64,000 bases of DNA from positions 29,450,001-29,514,000 of the forward strand of contig OX597819.1 in the NCBI GenBank assembly GCA_951406725.2, given 5' to 3'. The number at the start of each line of letters is the position of its first letter. The first letter of the stretch is position 1. This document shows, one piece after another, positions 50,991 through 64,000 of this stretch. This stretch comes from Octopus vulgaris (taxonomy: Eukaryota). Under the pieces are notes generated by a model. The model had not been told where the DNA came from. It ran no database searches and saw nothing but the letters and a program-made list of their open reading frames with translations. Made by a program: the position numbers and the translations under genes.

Positions 50991-51031
<41 letters not shown>

Positions 51032-51033
<2 letters not shown>

Positions 51034-51258
51034 CTTTACTGCCCAGAAGGGGCTAAACATAGAGGGGACAAACAAGGACAGACGAAGGGATTGAGTCGAT
51101 TATATCGACCCCAGTGCGAAACTGGTACTTTATTTATCGACCCCGAAAGGATGAAAGGCAAAGTTGACCTCGGCGGAATTTGAACTCAGAACGTAACGAC
51201 AGACGAAAATACCACTAAGCATTTCGCCCGGCGCGCTAATGTATCTGCTAGCTCGCCA
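51032..51258 (-). mobile_element. SINE family A, full length, CpG-rich
   Basis: Reverse-complement match to 7078-7298. Confidence 0.85.
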
Positions 51259-51259
51259 A

Positions 51260-51900
51260 CTCAACTTGTGTGTCTGTGTGTTTAACTTCCCGGCACATCT
51301 CCTCCTAGACAACAAATCGTAGAACCACCAAAAATGGGTCACTTAAAGTTTAGGTGAATGAAAATTGAACTATGCTATTTCTGTTCCGAAATTCATCTCG
51401 CAAGTGCAAAAATCGATAATGTGTTTGCTTAGGCCTTATCCCATGCATTGAATAGTGAACTTTACTCAGTCAGCTGTTTGACGTAAACTGTGTTCACCAC
51501 GCGTGCAAGCATGCGTAAATTGCATGAAAAATAAAAAATCAAGATATAAAAACAAATCGCCGTAAACATTGTAGAAATTCGGCAAAGAAATGAATTTTCA
51601 GGATGTAACCTGGAGGGTTTTTTCGTATTAATCGTTTGGACTTTGTGAACACACACCAATTGTTTTCATAACATTTTTAACGCTTTGAATTAAATGTGAC
51701 CATTTTGCGTTGAGTCTGCAGTTTGAATCACTTTAACCAAATTTTAGCAGGCCGGAGTTTTGATCATCACGATACGTTGCCAGCGACTCGCTGAAACTCT
51801 CCACTGAAATCCCCGTTGAGAAATCTATTATATATATAATAATACTTTGAATGTGACTCCTGAGAAAGAGTAAAAATAATTATCCGATGAATGACGGGTA
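51260..51900. promoter_or_regulatory. CpG-retaining unique region, candidate promoter/enhancer
   Basis: About 24 CpG in 640 bp versus about 2 in 49800-50900 (counted by eye). Contains atcgata, cagctg and tgacgtaa motifs. Confidence 0.35.
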
Positions 51901-52132
51901 TTACTGCTAGTAGAAAATAAAAGAAGACAAGGTGCCCACTGCATGAATACTTTTGTCTGACTGTTTATTCAGAGCTGACTTTGTACTAAACAAAACCAAC
52001 AAAAACTAGAAGCAAATTTTGCATATTCAGGAATACATGAGAACTATGTACTTCATATTTGTGCTTTATATATACATGCTTCATATTAAGGTGGTATGTT
52101 TTATATAGAAGGGGCAGATGTTCAGATATTTT

Positions 52133-52163
<31 letters not shown>

Positions 52164-52432
52164 GTTAGGATGCTTGCAGCTGAACCATATGGTTTTCGGT
52201 TCAGTCCCACTGCATTGTACTTTGGGCAAGTGCCTTCTGCTATAGCCTCAGGCTGACCGAAGCCTTGTGATTGAATTTGGTCGGTGGAAGTTACCATCAT
52301 GTGTGTACATGCGTGTGAAAGTGCTTGTGCCTTCTGACAGAGTGGAAGAAGAAAACTACCTCACTTGGAAACAGGTGGGGTTGGCAACAGGAAGGGCATC
52401 CAGCTGTAGAAAACCTGCCACACAAACAGTGC

Positions 52433-52468
<36 letters not shown>

Positions 52469-54044
52469 ATATAAATGATATATAAATATATGCATATATA
52501 CATACATATATGTACATACCTACATGTATATGTATATATACATGCATATATGGGTACAGGACATCAAAAAAACGTTGAACACAATGAGAAACAAAAACAT
52601 AAAAACAAAAACATAGAAACGAACTTTTCTTCAAACAACGAAAAAAACAGAGAAACGAGACATACAACATAACGAATATTCCCCTTCTTCAGTTGTACCT
52701 GTTTCATCTAGTCCAACCCATGACAGCATGGAAAATGGATGTTAAAAGATGATGATGATGATGAGATACATATATATAAATGAGAAAGAGAGAGAAAATT
52801 ACAACTACTGAAGATCAGAAAGTAATACTCTAACATAGTATTATTAGGCAATAATACAACGACAAAATCAATACATTAGAATTCAATAAGCATCAAAGAG
52901 CAGTGACTAATGTTATTAACAGAAAGAAGTTGGAATCTGAAAATTACAAGCACTGCTCATGGCATTACATCCATGGCACAAGACATCTGCAGATTAGCAG
53001 AAGGTCTTTGTGGTTCTTGTGGGGTCATACAAACTCAGTCAGTCTATCAGCAGCTCAAAACTGATATGCTGACCATAAGCATTGGTCAATCCTTAATATA
53101 AATGTAGCCAGAAGTCTGAACAGAAATAATGTCAAGAACACATTTATGTGCCATTAATAAACTTTTGAATTATATTTTCAGGTCAATATTGCATCAGTGA
53201 AGTTACACAACTTTAGATATTGACAAAGTTGCTGCAGTTTGAACATTGATTGATGTTTGTCTACTAACTAACAAAGAATTACACATCCAATCAAGTATTG
53301 AATAAGAATTTTGCAATGAAAGTGTATATGAATGTTTCTGATTTTGTTGAGATACAGAAGGTAACTGTGGAAAATGTTATTGATGTCTTCATTGAAGTCA
53401 CCTAATAACTCTAAATGAACACCAAATATGTGGTGTCTACATTTTGGTGATGTTGAATAAGACTCAGTAGACAAGTGAGTAATTATTAGGAGGTTCCAAA
53501 GCAACCTTCACACAGCAAATGTATGTCTTTCAAAGAAATAATTATCCATTTTGTATCTAAATCTATTAGAGAAAATTAAATGCACCAGTAAAAATATTAA
53601 TGACATGCACAACCATTCTACATTGGGTATATAATGGATGGTAGCTACAGACACTGAATTTAGTCATTGGTATTTCCTTCAAGTATGAAATATATCAAAG
53701 AATTATGTTTAACTGTTGACTGGGATTGCAATTTCAAATTTTTTCATAAAGTTAAATATATTTACCTGTAGATGTAAAGATAAAGTTTTGGTATTTCATA
53801 TATTACAAGAAGATCTAGCACATATAAAAGAAAGAGGTATTAAAGGATTCAAGTGGAATATTCTCACTTGTTAGTACTTGGCTTTCATTGCAAAATTCTT
53901 ATTCATTTCTTGATAGGATGTGTAATTCTTTGTTAGTTGGTAGACAAAATATCAAAATTCTATTCTTAATGAGAGATTTTAGAAAGTAAAACATTCCTTT
54001 ATAGATGGGTTTAAGGTTCCGTTTCATTATTTTGAAAATACAAG

Positions 54045-54395
54045 ATATAGTGTGGGTAAGAAGTTCGCTTCTCAGCCACATGGCTCCTGGTTCAGTCCTC
54101 TGTTGTGACACCTTGAGAAAGTGTCTTCTACTATAGCCTTGGGCCAACCAAAGCCTTGTGAGTAGATTTGCTAGACAGTAACTAAAAGAAGCCCAGCATG
54201 TATATATCTGTGTGTGTGTGTTCCCACCAGTGCTTGAAAACTGGTGTTGGTGTGTTATCTCCCCATAACATAGCAGTTCGACAATAGAAACCAATTCAAT
54301 AAGTGCTAGACTTAAAAATAAGTACTGGGGCTAAAACTTTTCAATGCGGAGCCCCAACATAGTCACAATCAAGTGACTGAAACAAGTAAAAAATA
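54045..54395 (+). mobile_element. SINE family B; 5' part plus flank duplicated in inverted form at 56928-57092
   Basis: Family motifs; shared private variants with the inverted copy. Confidence 0.75.
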
Positions 54396-54764
54396 AAAAG
54401 ATAAGACACTGTAAAATAGTTAGCAAATGAGTAGAGGGTTGAGAAGACTCTCCAGTGCTGGTGCCACAATAAAATGCACCCATTACACTCTCTATAGTGG
54501 TTGATGTTAAGGACATCCAACCATAGAAACAAAACCAAAAAATGAGCAAGACTGATCATCCAGTTCATCTAGGAGGGCAGTAGCTATGGATAGGAACTGA
54601 CTTGATCCATAGCGATTCACCTGAATCATGCCAGCATGGAAAGTAGGTGTAAAATAATGATGATGATGTAAAATAATAATAATGATGATAAGTAGGTAAA
54701 TATGTTATAGTGTACTATATTGCCTTAAGAAAATATTTATATCTATTGAAGGTTGGGTGGCTTA

Positions 54765-55125
54765 AGTAACAGCTATTAAAAGTTGAAGATAGCTATTTAA
54801 ATATTGAAGAAAGCAACAGTTATTAAAGGTGGGAGGAAGGGAACAGATATTAAAATGGGAGGGGCAGCCAAAGATATTAAAAATGGGAGGAGCAGTCAAA
54901 GATATTAAAAATGGGAGGAGTAGCCAACAGATATCAAAAATGGGAGGAGTAGCCAACAGATATTAAAAATGGGAAGAATAGCCAACAACTATCTAAACTG
55001 AGAATAGCCAACAGCTATTACAAATAGGCGGAGTAGTCAACAGAGATTAAAAATGGGAGGAGTAATCAAAAGAGATTAAAAATGGGAAGAGTAGCCAACA
55101 GTAATTAAAAGTAGGTGGGATGTAA
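54765..55125. repeat. Minisatellite, 29-bp unit (gatattaaaaatgggaggagtagccaaca)
   Basis: About 12 units; unit starts at 54901, 54930 and 54959. Confidence 0.9.
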
Positions 55126-55627
55126 TCAACTGTTTTAATTCCTTTCATCATTTTAATAACAGTTGCATCTTTAAATCAGACTAACTTTTCTTTAGTTACA
55201 ACAGCAATTAAGAATTCATTTTCCTCATTAATTACCTTACAAGGAAGTGGATCAATCAACTGATGGCTGCTCCACTGAAGAAATGCCTAGTTTATTAATT
55301 CTGCTTTAAATTACATAGCTTTAGGGATCTTATGATACACTGGATGATAACTAGTAGATTATATTTGAAAGTAGTGTAGCAAAACCTCAAAAACTGAAAG
55401 AAAATGTAGACAATTACTGTGGGTGTAATTTTGATTTTTAATTATATTTTTAGAAATGATAATTAGAAGAAAATAGCAAAAAAATGCAAGAGTATAGGAA
55501 TATTACTTGTGAAGTAAATAACGTTAAATTTAAAAAGAAATATTTTCAGGAAAAATAAAAGAAATAAAGTGAGTTAGAGTATGCTTCAGCAAACTTTAAG
55601 CTTCTGGTACAGTTCTAATACTATGTC

Positions 55628-56062
55628 ATCATCATTATTTAGCATCTGCTTTCCATGCTGACATGGGTTAGATGGTTTGATTGGAACTGGTAAGTTGGAG
55701 AGCTGCACCAAGTTCCAGTCTGATTTGGCATGGTTTCCACAGCTGGATGCCCTTCCTAATTCCAACTACTCCAAGAGTGTAATGGGTGCTTTTTACATGC
55801 CACGGGTACAAGTGTTTTTATGTGCCACTAGCATGGGTACCAGTCACATGACACTGGCACTGGCCACGACTACTATTTTCACTTGGTTTGACAGGTCTTC
55901 TCAAGTACAGCATATCACCAAAGGTCTCAGTCACTTTTCATTGCCTCCATGAGGCCCAACGTTTGAAAATCGTGCTTCACCACCACACACCATGTCTTCC
56001 TGGGTCTACTTCTTCCACAGATGCCCTCCACAGTTAGAGATTGGCACTTCTTTACACAGCTA
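55628..56062 (-). mobile_element. RTE-LINE 3' end (UTR plus C-terminal coding remnant)
   Basis: catgtcttcctgggtctact corresponds to a GRPRKTW-like remnant on the minus strand. Similar copy at 60665-61030. Confidence 0.75.
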
Positions 56063-57613
56063 ATAAATGAATGAATAATAAGCAGAAGGATGTCATAAAT
56101 ATAACACTTTAGTTTGTAGTTTTTACAGAAACATAAACATAACCGTATATGCCAAGCGTATGGAATGTGCTCTAGCTTAAAAAGAAAAAGGTCGTTTTGG
56201 CTCTTTTGATACCAACTGACCCGAGACTATCTCAGAATCTTTGATATAAAATTGCCTATTTAAAAGTAAAGACCTGGCATCATAATTTTATGCAAGAACC
56301 TTTTTTGCGAGAGTTGTTCCGAGCACAGGATTAATGGAGAGAGTAGTCATTTGTTTCTGTTTCAGTCAGACTGCAGCTATGCGGGGGGAACTGAAGTGAA
56401 GGATTTAGCCAATCAAATTAATGCCTGTACTTATTTTTATCAATCTCCTTCCGCCAAACTGCTAAGTAACAGGGATGTAAACAAACCAGCATTGGTTAAA
56501 TTAAATAGTGAGCAATAAAAATATAGTTGTCTATAACAATGAATGAAAAATATGTGCGTGTTGAGAGAGAGAGAGAGCAGGGAGGTTTCTGTGCAGTTTC
56601 CATTTCTTGACCCCCACTCACTAAATACTTATCAGCTCAAAATTGCAATAGTAGACATTCATCTAAAGTGCTGAGTAGTGAGATTGAACCCAGAATCAAG
56701 AAGCAAACTTCTTAACCATACAACCCATGCGTATCACTATGACGTATGTAATTTTTTTTTTTAATGCAAATATATTTATACATTTTCGAACTAGGGTAAG
56801 AAGAATGGTTCTCTAAATCTAAATATTTTCACAGGAAACTGAATTCTTCCTTTTTCAACAACTGTGTAGTATTTTAAAACTACAAATATCCAACTGTAAA
56901 AAATATGTACTTTCAGCTTGTTAAACAGGCTTCTCTTAGTTACTTTCTAGCAAATCTACTCACAAGGCTTTGGTTGACCCAAGGCTATAGTAGAAGACAC
57001 TTTTTCAAGGTGTCCCAACAGAGGGCTGAACCAGGAGCCATGTGGCTGAGAAGCAAACTTCTTACCCACACTATATCTTGTATTTTCAAAATCATAATAC
57101 AAATGCCTACAGCTGTGTTTGAACTTTAATGTTTTCAAGCAGTAGACTAACATCTTCACCTCAGAGTACCTTAATTTCACTGACAAAAATCATTAGCTAC
57201 ACAAAAAACGTCATAGTTTAGCTATTTGTCACTGAGTCAATATTAAGTATTTATAAAATCTTATTTCTGGAACTTAGGTGAATCATCCTAACTGTTTATA
57301 ATCTTCAGATCTTGCTTTATTAGAAAATTTAACAGATTTTAACTTTTTGCATGTTAGGTCATGGAAGTGAATATGAACAGCACAGCTAATATTTGTCTAC
57401 ACTATTTTTCTGGCATGGGAGATGAGGTAGTATGTAGTGTAAACATTCTAATATTGTCACTATCTTTCCAAATCTGGCTGCATTTCACATGGAATTTTTA
57501 GTCCTCCAGGGTTGCCTTAGCGTAAATAAATCAACAACATTTTTTCTTTGGCTGTAAATTTTGGTATGAAAAATTCAACTTGTATGCCAGAAAATTTGAG
57601 AAATTGTTAATAT

Positions 57614-57776
57614 AGGCATAGGAGTGGCTGTGTGGTAAGTAGCTTGCTTACGAACCACATGGTTCTGGGTTCAGTTCCACTGCATGGTACCTTGGGCAAG
57701 TGTCTTCTACTGTAGCCTCAGGCCGACCAAAGCTTTGTGAGTGGATTTGGTAGACGGAAACTGAAAGAAACCTGTC

Positions 57777-57839
<63 letters not shown>

Positions 57840-58025
57840 CAACATCACTTGACAATCAATGCTGGTGTGTTTACATCCCTGTAAATTAGTGGCTCAGCAA
57901 AAGAGGCTGATAAAATAAGTACTAGGCTTACAAAGAATAAGTTCTGGGGTTGATTTGCTCAACTAAAGGCAGTGCTCCAGCATGACCACAGTCAAATGAC
58001 TGAAATAAGTAAAAGAGTAAAAGAG
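57614..58025 (+). mobile_element. SINE family B, full length
   Basis: Same structure as other family B copies. Confidence 0.85.
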
Positions 58026-58888
58026 ATAATGTGGGTGAGAGAAGAACATGCAAAAAAATATAATCTTTGAAGATAACATGCCAAGCTAACGTGCGAAATA
58101 TTGCATTAAGAAATTTATGATAAAGTGATGGTCATAAATAGAACTACTTCCAGAGTAATTTATCAATGAAAGCATTAATGTTTCCTTGAATAAAATGTAT
58201 TATTTTAGTTAAATCCAACTTAATAATTTTAGGAAGATGAAATTGTAACAATGCTCTACAGGAGTGGAATAAATTTTAATTTGAATCATCATCATTATCC
58301 CTTTAATGTCTGTTTTTTTCCATGCAATGGATTGGACGAGACTTATCAAGGCAGAATTCTATGACCGGATGCCCTTCTTGATGCAAAAACTTAACTGATT
58401 TTAAGTAAAACATAACACTCCACACCTTCATACATTGAACTGCTAAACTGCTGAACTTTTTGTTTATGCTGTGCATAAACAATCATGGTGCTGCCTAAAC
58501 AGTGCTGATGCAAAGTCACACAGAGATAAAGACACACAGACAAGCACTCAACAGGCTTCCATACAGTTTCCATCTACCAACATTTTGCTCAAGAGGTATC
58601 GGCTAACTTGGAACTATAGAGGAAAACATTGGCACAAGGTGCTAAACACTGTGACTGAATCAGAAGCCACATCACTATCATTGTTTAAAATGCACTTTCC
58701 ATGCTGGCATGTATCAGACAGAATTTGTTGAGGCAGTTTTTCCATGGAAGGATGCTCTTCCTCTCACCAACCCTTACCTGTCTCCAAGCAAGGCATATTT
58801 TTTTTCCAGAAGACTGGATATAAACAACATCAGTTGTATGATGGTGATACTTGTTTACAATAATCGCAGGATATCAAAATAAGGGTAC

Positions 58889-58919
<31 letters not shown>

Positions 58920-60664
58920 TTTCAGCTCTGTCAAGCAAATCCACTCACAAGGTTTTCATTGGCCCAAGACCATAGTAGAAGACACTTGCCTAAATTGCTG
59001 CACAGAGGAACTGATTCAGAGACCACATGATTACAAAATCCACATAGCAATGATTGCAACAATAATTCTGGATCTCTTTAATATAGATTTAGCTGTTACA
59101 GATGCAAGTGACACAGGAATAGTTATTAAATATAACAGTTATTGTTTAGGCTCAAGCTGGCTCAGATCCAACCAACAGATTTTTGTGCAAAAGTACTCAA
59201 ACCATAACAATCCTGTCTTTTATTCAGACACTGCACACCTAGAACTACACTATTCTTTAGTAGGATGGTAATTTGGAGAATATGTGGCTGCTATTTCTAG
59301 CACACTGACAATACATGTAGAGGCTCCCTTATATATAGATATAATTACAACGAGTGTATGTAGAAGTAAGTTGTTACTATGAATCAATAATAAACAGTAA
59401 AATGATGGTAGAACATGGTTCCTACAATGTTAATACACTTTCTTGTGAAAACTTACAATTCTCAAAGGTCCAGCACAAAGTGTATTGAAAATTCTTGTTG
59501 GCTCTTTTGATACCAATCCATATAAGTGCACCATCATAATTTTACATATGACCCTTTTTTGTTAGGTTCAAAATATCAATAACTAAAAGGGCTATATTAC
59601 AAATTTTATTAAATCTTCTCAAAATTAACTGAAGCAGACAAGCAGCGATTTTATTGGAAATATGACTGTGATAGGGTTAATGGAGAAAATGCAAAAGAGT
59701 CAGTAGAACTATTCAAATCAATGTTACAAATCCTTTTAATATCATTTGTATTAATTCTGTTCAATATCAGTCTCTAAAGTTGACGTCATTGCGTCATCTT
59801 GAATGTTCATTAAGACGTTTTGGTGAACTGTCAACTAACATCTATTCAAATGAAGGAACCTCTACATGGTCAGTCGCTAAAAATAGCAGCTAAATCTCTT
59901 GAATATCACTGTGTTGAATTATGAAATAACAAAGATGTATTGGACAATGTTAACTATAATATGCAAAAAAATAAAATAATATAAAATAAAATAAAACGAA
60001 AAGAAACACTTAGGTGGTCATAGATAAATTTCTTTGCCCATTGGTCTGCGTAAGTAACACTGGCTGGCAAACACTAATACTCAACTCTTTTACTGGTTTC
60101 AGTCATTTGACTGCAGCCATGCTGGAGCACCGCCTTTATATAAGAGTCAGCAGAAGCTCGCCATTACCTTTTGCAGGAGCTGCGTAGAGCTTAGGTGTTT
60201 CACTCATAAACACACGCATCGCCTGGTCTGAGATTTGAACCTGTGATCCCTCGACTGCGAGTCCGCTGCTCTAACCACTAGGCCATGTTCCTCCACACAC
60301 TGTAAACTTTCTTAGTATTTTTCCTCCCACAAATACCTCTCTTCTTTCAAAGCTAATCAATAATTCTCCAGTCTATTGAATGATAAACACCCTGGACATA
60401 CACTATGCAAGGGGTTGCAAACAAATGATACCTTCTGTATAAATGGTGAAGCTTTTGTTTACTGTAAGTACACACAAGTGAAGATAAAGGAGGAAATACA
60501 AACTCACTTCCACACACACACATTAAAAAGCGTTTTTTCAATTTCCATCTACCAATTTCACTCCCAAAGTATTTGTCAACCTGTGGCTCTAGCATAGAAC
60601 ACAAACTAATAGCATCCAAGTAATGAAACTGAACCCACCTGCATGCACTCATACACATTATATA

Positions 60665-61030
60665 TCATCATTGTTATCATCAAACTTCCGTTTTCCATGC
60701 TGGCATGGGTTGGACGGTTTGATTGGAGCTGATAAGAACAGGGGCAACACCGTGTTCTGATGACTGTTCTGACATGGTTTCTTTGGCTAGATGCCCTTTC
60801 GAACATCAACCACTGCACAAAGTGTACTAGGTGCATTTTATGTAACACCAGCACTGATATCAATTCTGCTGTGGCAGACAGGTCTTCTTGAGTACAGCAA
60901 GGTGCCAGATATCTCAGTCATTACTCATCACCTTCATAAGGCTCAGTGTCTTGAGATTGGCCATCAATACTTTGTCCCATGTCTTCCTGAGTGTCCCTCT
61001 TCCACAAGTTCCATCTATTGTAAATGAATG
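60665..61030 (-). mobile_element. RTE-LINE 3' end
   Basis: Minus-strand ORF contains GTCGRGTLRKTWDKVLMANLKTLSLMKVMSND, followed by the UTR and tail. Confidence 0.75.
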
Positions 61031-64000
61031 GCACACACACACACACACACACACCACCAGACATCTAATGAGATGAATGTGTTGCACATGCCCACAAAAG
61101 TAAGTCATGTGGAACTGAGTCTATGAGTTCCATGTGCCACTTGCTTTCAACTGTTCAAATTGAGTGCTAACCACATTAACCTCTCCTAGTTATATTGCCA
61201 TGTGTAAGATAGATATTAAAAAAAAACATATGAATGATAACATTTCTACACTAAAACACGAGTTTTATATCCCTAATCGAAATATTTTAAATTTAAAAGT
61301 AATATCCCTTAAGACTCTTGTTCTTTAGACACACCAATTTCTGGCCTTTCTACACTGATTGTTCTCTGTATGTATGTGAGTCTCTCTCTCCCACCCTATC
61401 CGCTTCTTTGGTCTACACATATTAGGTTACTAAGGAATTACTACAGCTAGTATGTACAAAGCACTCTTCCTCTCATGCTTGTGCCAAGATGGAGAGCAAA
61501 CATCCACCGCACTCCCTCTAGAATGTTTAGAAAAACAGACAACTTCTCTCCTGTGCTGGTGACATGAAAAACATGCACCCAGTACATACAATAAAGTGAT
61601 TGGCCAATGAACAGAGAAAGCTTAGAGTTGTGCAGTACCTTTACTTCTTGCCAACAACTATTTTACATCTCTGCTGTTGGTGCCACAAGAAAATGCACAC
61701 TATAAAGTGATTCAAAGAATTCCGACAAAGGTAGCCATTTTAGGAGTTTGTCTTTTGTTTGTTATTTTCTTTAGAAATATTTCTTCATTGAAATATTATT
61801 AATGGTATCCTTCGTTTTATGAGCTTGCATTATAAAAAATAATGCATGCATGCATGCACATATGTGCACACGCACACACTGAAATATTTTTGTGAGCGTA
61901 TGATATGTGTGTTTGTATGTGTATGAAGGCAATTATGTGCATGTATGTACTGCAGTCATACATCTAAATGTACATATATATGCCTCCTGTGTCTCTCCTT
62001 GTTTGACACATTTTGATACCATGTACACATGTATGTATATGTGTATAAATATGTGTATATGAGCTTGAATGCACATTTGTGCACGCACCAGTCAATAGAA
62101 GTGGCAGCTCCAAATAAGAAATAATTTGGACCATGATGACTTGTCTAACCCACAGCATGGAAAATGGGCATAAAATGATGATGAACATTAATTAAAATCA
62201 TATTCTAAAATTTTATTAATATAATAGATTCTTAATGAAAAATAGAACTGTATCTTGAATCACACAATTTTTTCTCTCATAGTAAAACAATTGGCAGCTG
62301 ATAAGTAACTATTTAGTTTTAGCTTTGATCACATGACTTCTATTATTTATATATGAAATTTTAAGTATCTTTAAGAAACTTGAAATATATTTTTTCTTCT
62401 TAAAATTGCAATCAATATTTGACTATAGAAAAACAAAAGGAATATTAAAAAAGAACCGTTAAAAATGAAAATAATTGCACATTCAAGAATTATGTGTATC
62501 CACATATCAGTTTACAAATGCTAGGTCATCTCCTCTTGCAATAAAACATTAAACATGAAATAATATTAACTTTTATTTATTTTTTTTTTAAAGGAATGGA
62601 AAATAAGCAAAGTTTATGGAGATAAATTCATTCATTGGTATTGTTTCGTGGTATTTGAATCTATTTTTGTATCATTAGAAGTTTGTAGGTTTAATAATGC
62701 AAGAAAATGGCAACTTTCACGTAAAGATAAAAAAAGAAATAAACAATTTCAATAAAATTAGAGATTTTTGTGATATATAATTCTAAATGGTTTTTATATG
62801 AAAAATATATTTGTAATGTAGATATCACAACAAAGTTTTCTCTCTAAGAATCTATAATATTAACAACAACAACATATTATTCTGGCAAAAGGCCAGAATA
62901 ATAAAACAGTGACAATAAATAGAATGAAGAATTTATTTCTCTAATTGTGAAAACTGTAATTACTTTCTCTCTGGTAAAAATAAAGATAAAAATCTTAGAT
63001 TAAAATCAACATTTTCTACGTTTATGGCAAAATGTATTTTAACAGAAATTCAGTGACACAGCTTGATATCAGATCATCTAATATCCTATTTTAACTAATA
63101 TCACACATAATTTTTAGCAATATATTCTGATCATCATTGTTTTACATCTGCAATCTAGCACTGATTGGCCAGATTATCATATTTCAAGTCATTTTTTTAT
63201 TTGAAGCTTCTATCTTAGATGGGCTACAACCACATTTCACTCTTAGATTGCATGTTTTGGTTTAGTTTCTACAGCTAGATGCCCTTCCTAATACCAACCA
63301 CCTTACAGAATGTCCTGGTACTAATACAAGTAGGATTGCTTTATATCCCATAAGATTAGAGAGTCCTCATTTACTCAGGGTTATGTGATTGAAAAGGTGA
63401 ATGGATGAGACACTGATGATAGCTGAACCATAATGGCTAAGAAAGGAAGCAAGACTGTGATAGCAGAAACAGTGTGATGAATAGTGATAAATCGTAATAA
63501 ACAGATAAAGGGTAAAAGTGAATGATGGACATCAATACCAGGTGGTGCAGAGGAGAGAAAGGATGAGAGTGTAGAGGAAGGGTAATGGTAGAGTGTATGA
63601 GGTACATATAGATCTGATGTGATTCTTTATACATATGCTTTGAGATAGGCAAGAGATCTAAGATGAAAAGAATGAGAGGAGGAAATGTTGAATGTGGGAG
63701 AGAAGAGGTCAGATAGGTTCAGTGAGTTTGTTTATAAAGCTAAGCTCTTTATGGATGCGAAACCATTGATATGTGATTGGACATATATTAAACTTCATGC
63801 TCTAACTTTTTGAGTGTACTTCTTTTTTGGATATATGATCCACTGATGATATATATATATATATATATATATAGATATATATATATATATATATTTCAAG
63901 GATTTAATAAAACCATAACAGAAAATTTGACAAAACCATAACACATGGAAAATTCATAGCTAATTCCTCATCAGTCAACGTCCAAGAGATCATAACAGTT

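Noticed and set aside
52550-52712. Hammerhead on the minus strand (CUGAAGA at ~52686-52692)
   Set aside because: No downstream GAAA or stem III in the right place; probably a truncated repeat.

Overview
AT-rich, repeat-dense animal genomic DNA, intronic or intergenic. The SINE families, microsatellite load and retroelement mix point to a cephalopod, probably Octopus (inferred by repeat recognition, not by a search). No host gene can be called with confidence. The window is a mosaic of: tRNA-derived SINEs (at least 4 families); 3' fragments of RTE, BovB-like and CR1 LINEs; two Penelope GIY-YIG endonuclease fragments; a mariner fragment and MITE; piggyBac-type MITEs; an 8-bp-TSD MITE; non-autonomous Helitrons; micro- and minisatellites. 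The most notable hidden structure is a set of type I hammerhead ribozymes read directly from the sequence. Two intact copies point away from each other in one 372-bp palindrome (19115-19486). One copy has a very long stem II (18236-18310). One is a U3-A8 core variant inside a 597-bp foldback (7483-7555). Several decayed relics also occur. They sit in palindromic, Penelope-pLTR-like units, mostly beside (TA)n tracts. Also notable: two recent local inverted duplications, a SINE/CR1-LINE shared 3' tail, and a CpG-retaining unique island. Folds and counts were made by eye; repeat boundaries are approximate unless a TSD or TIR is quoted.
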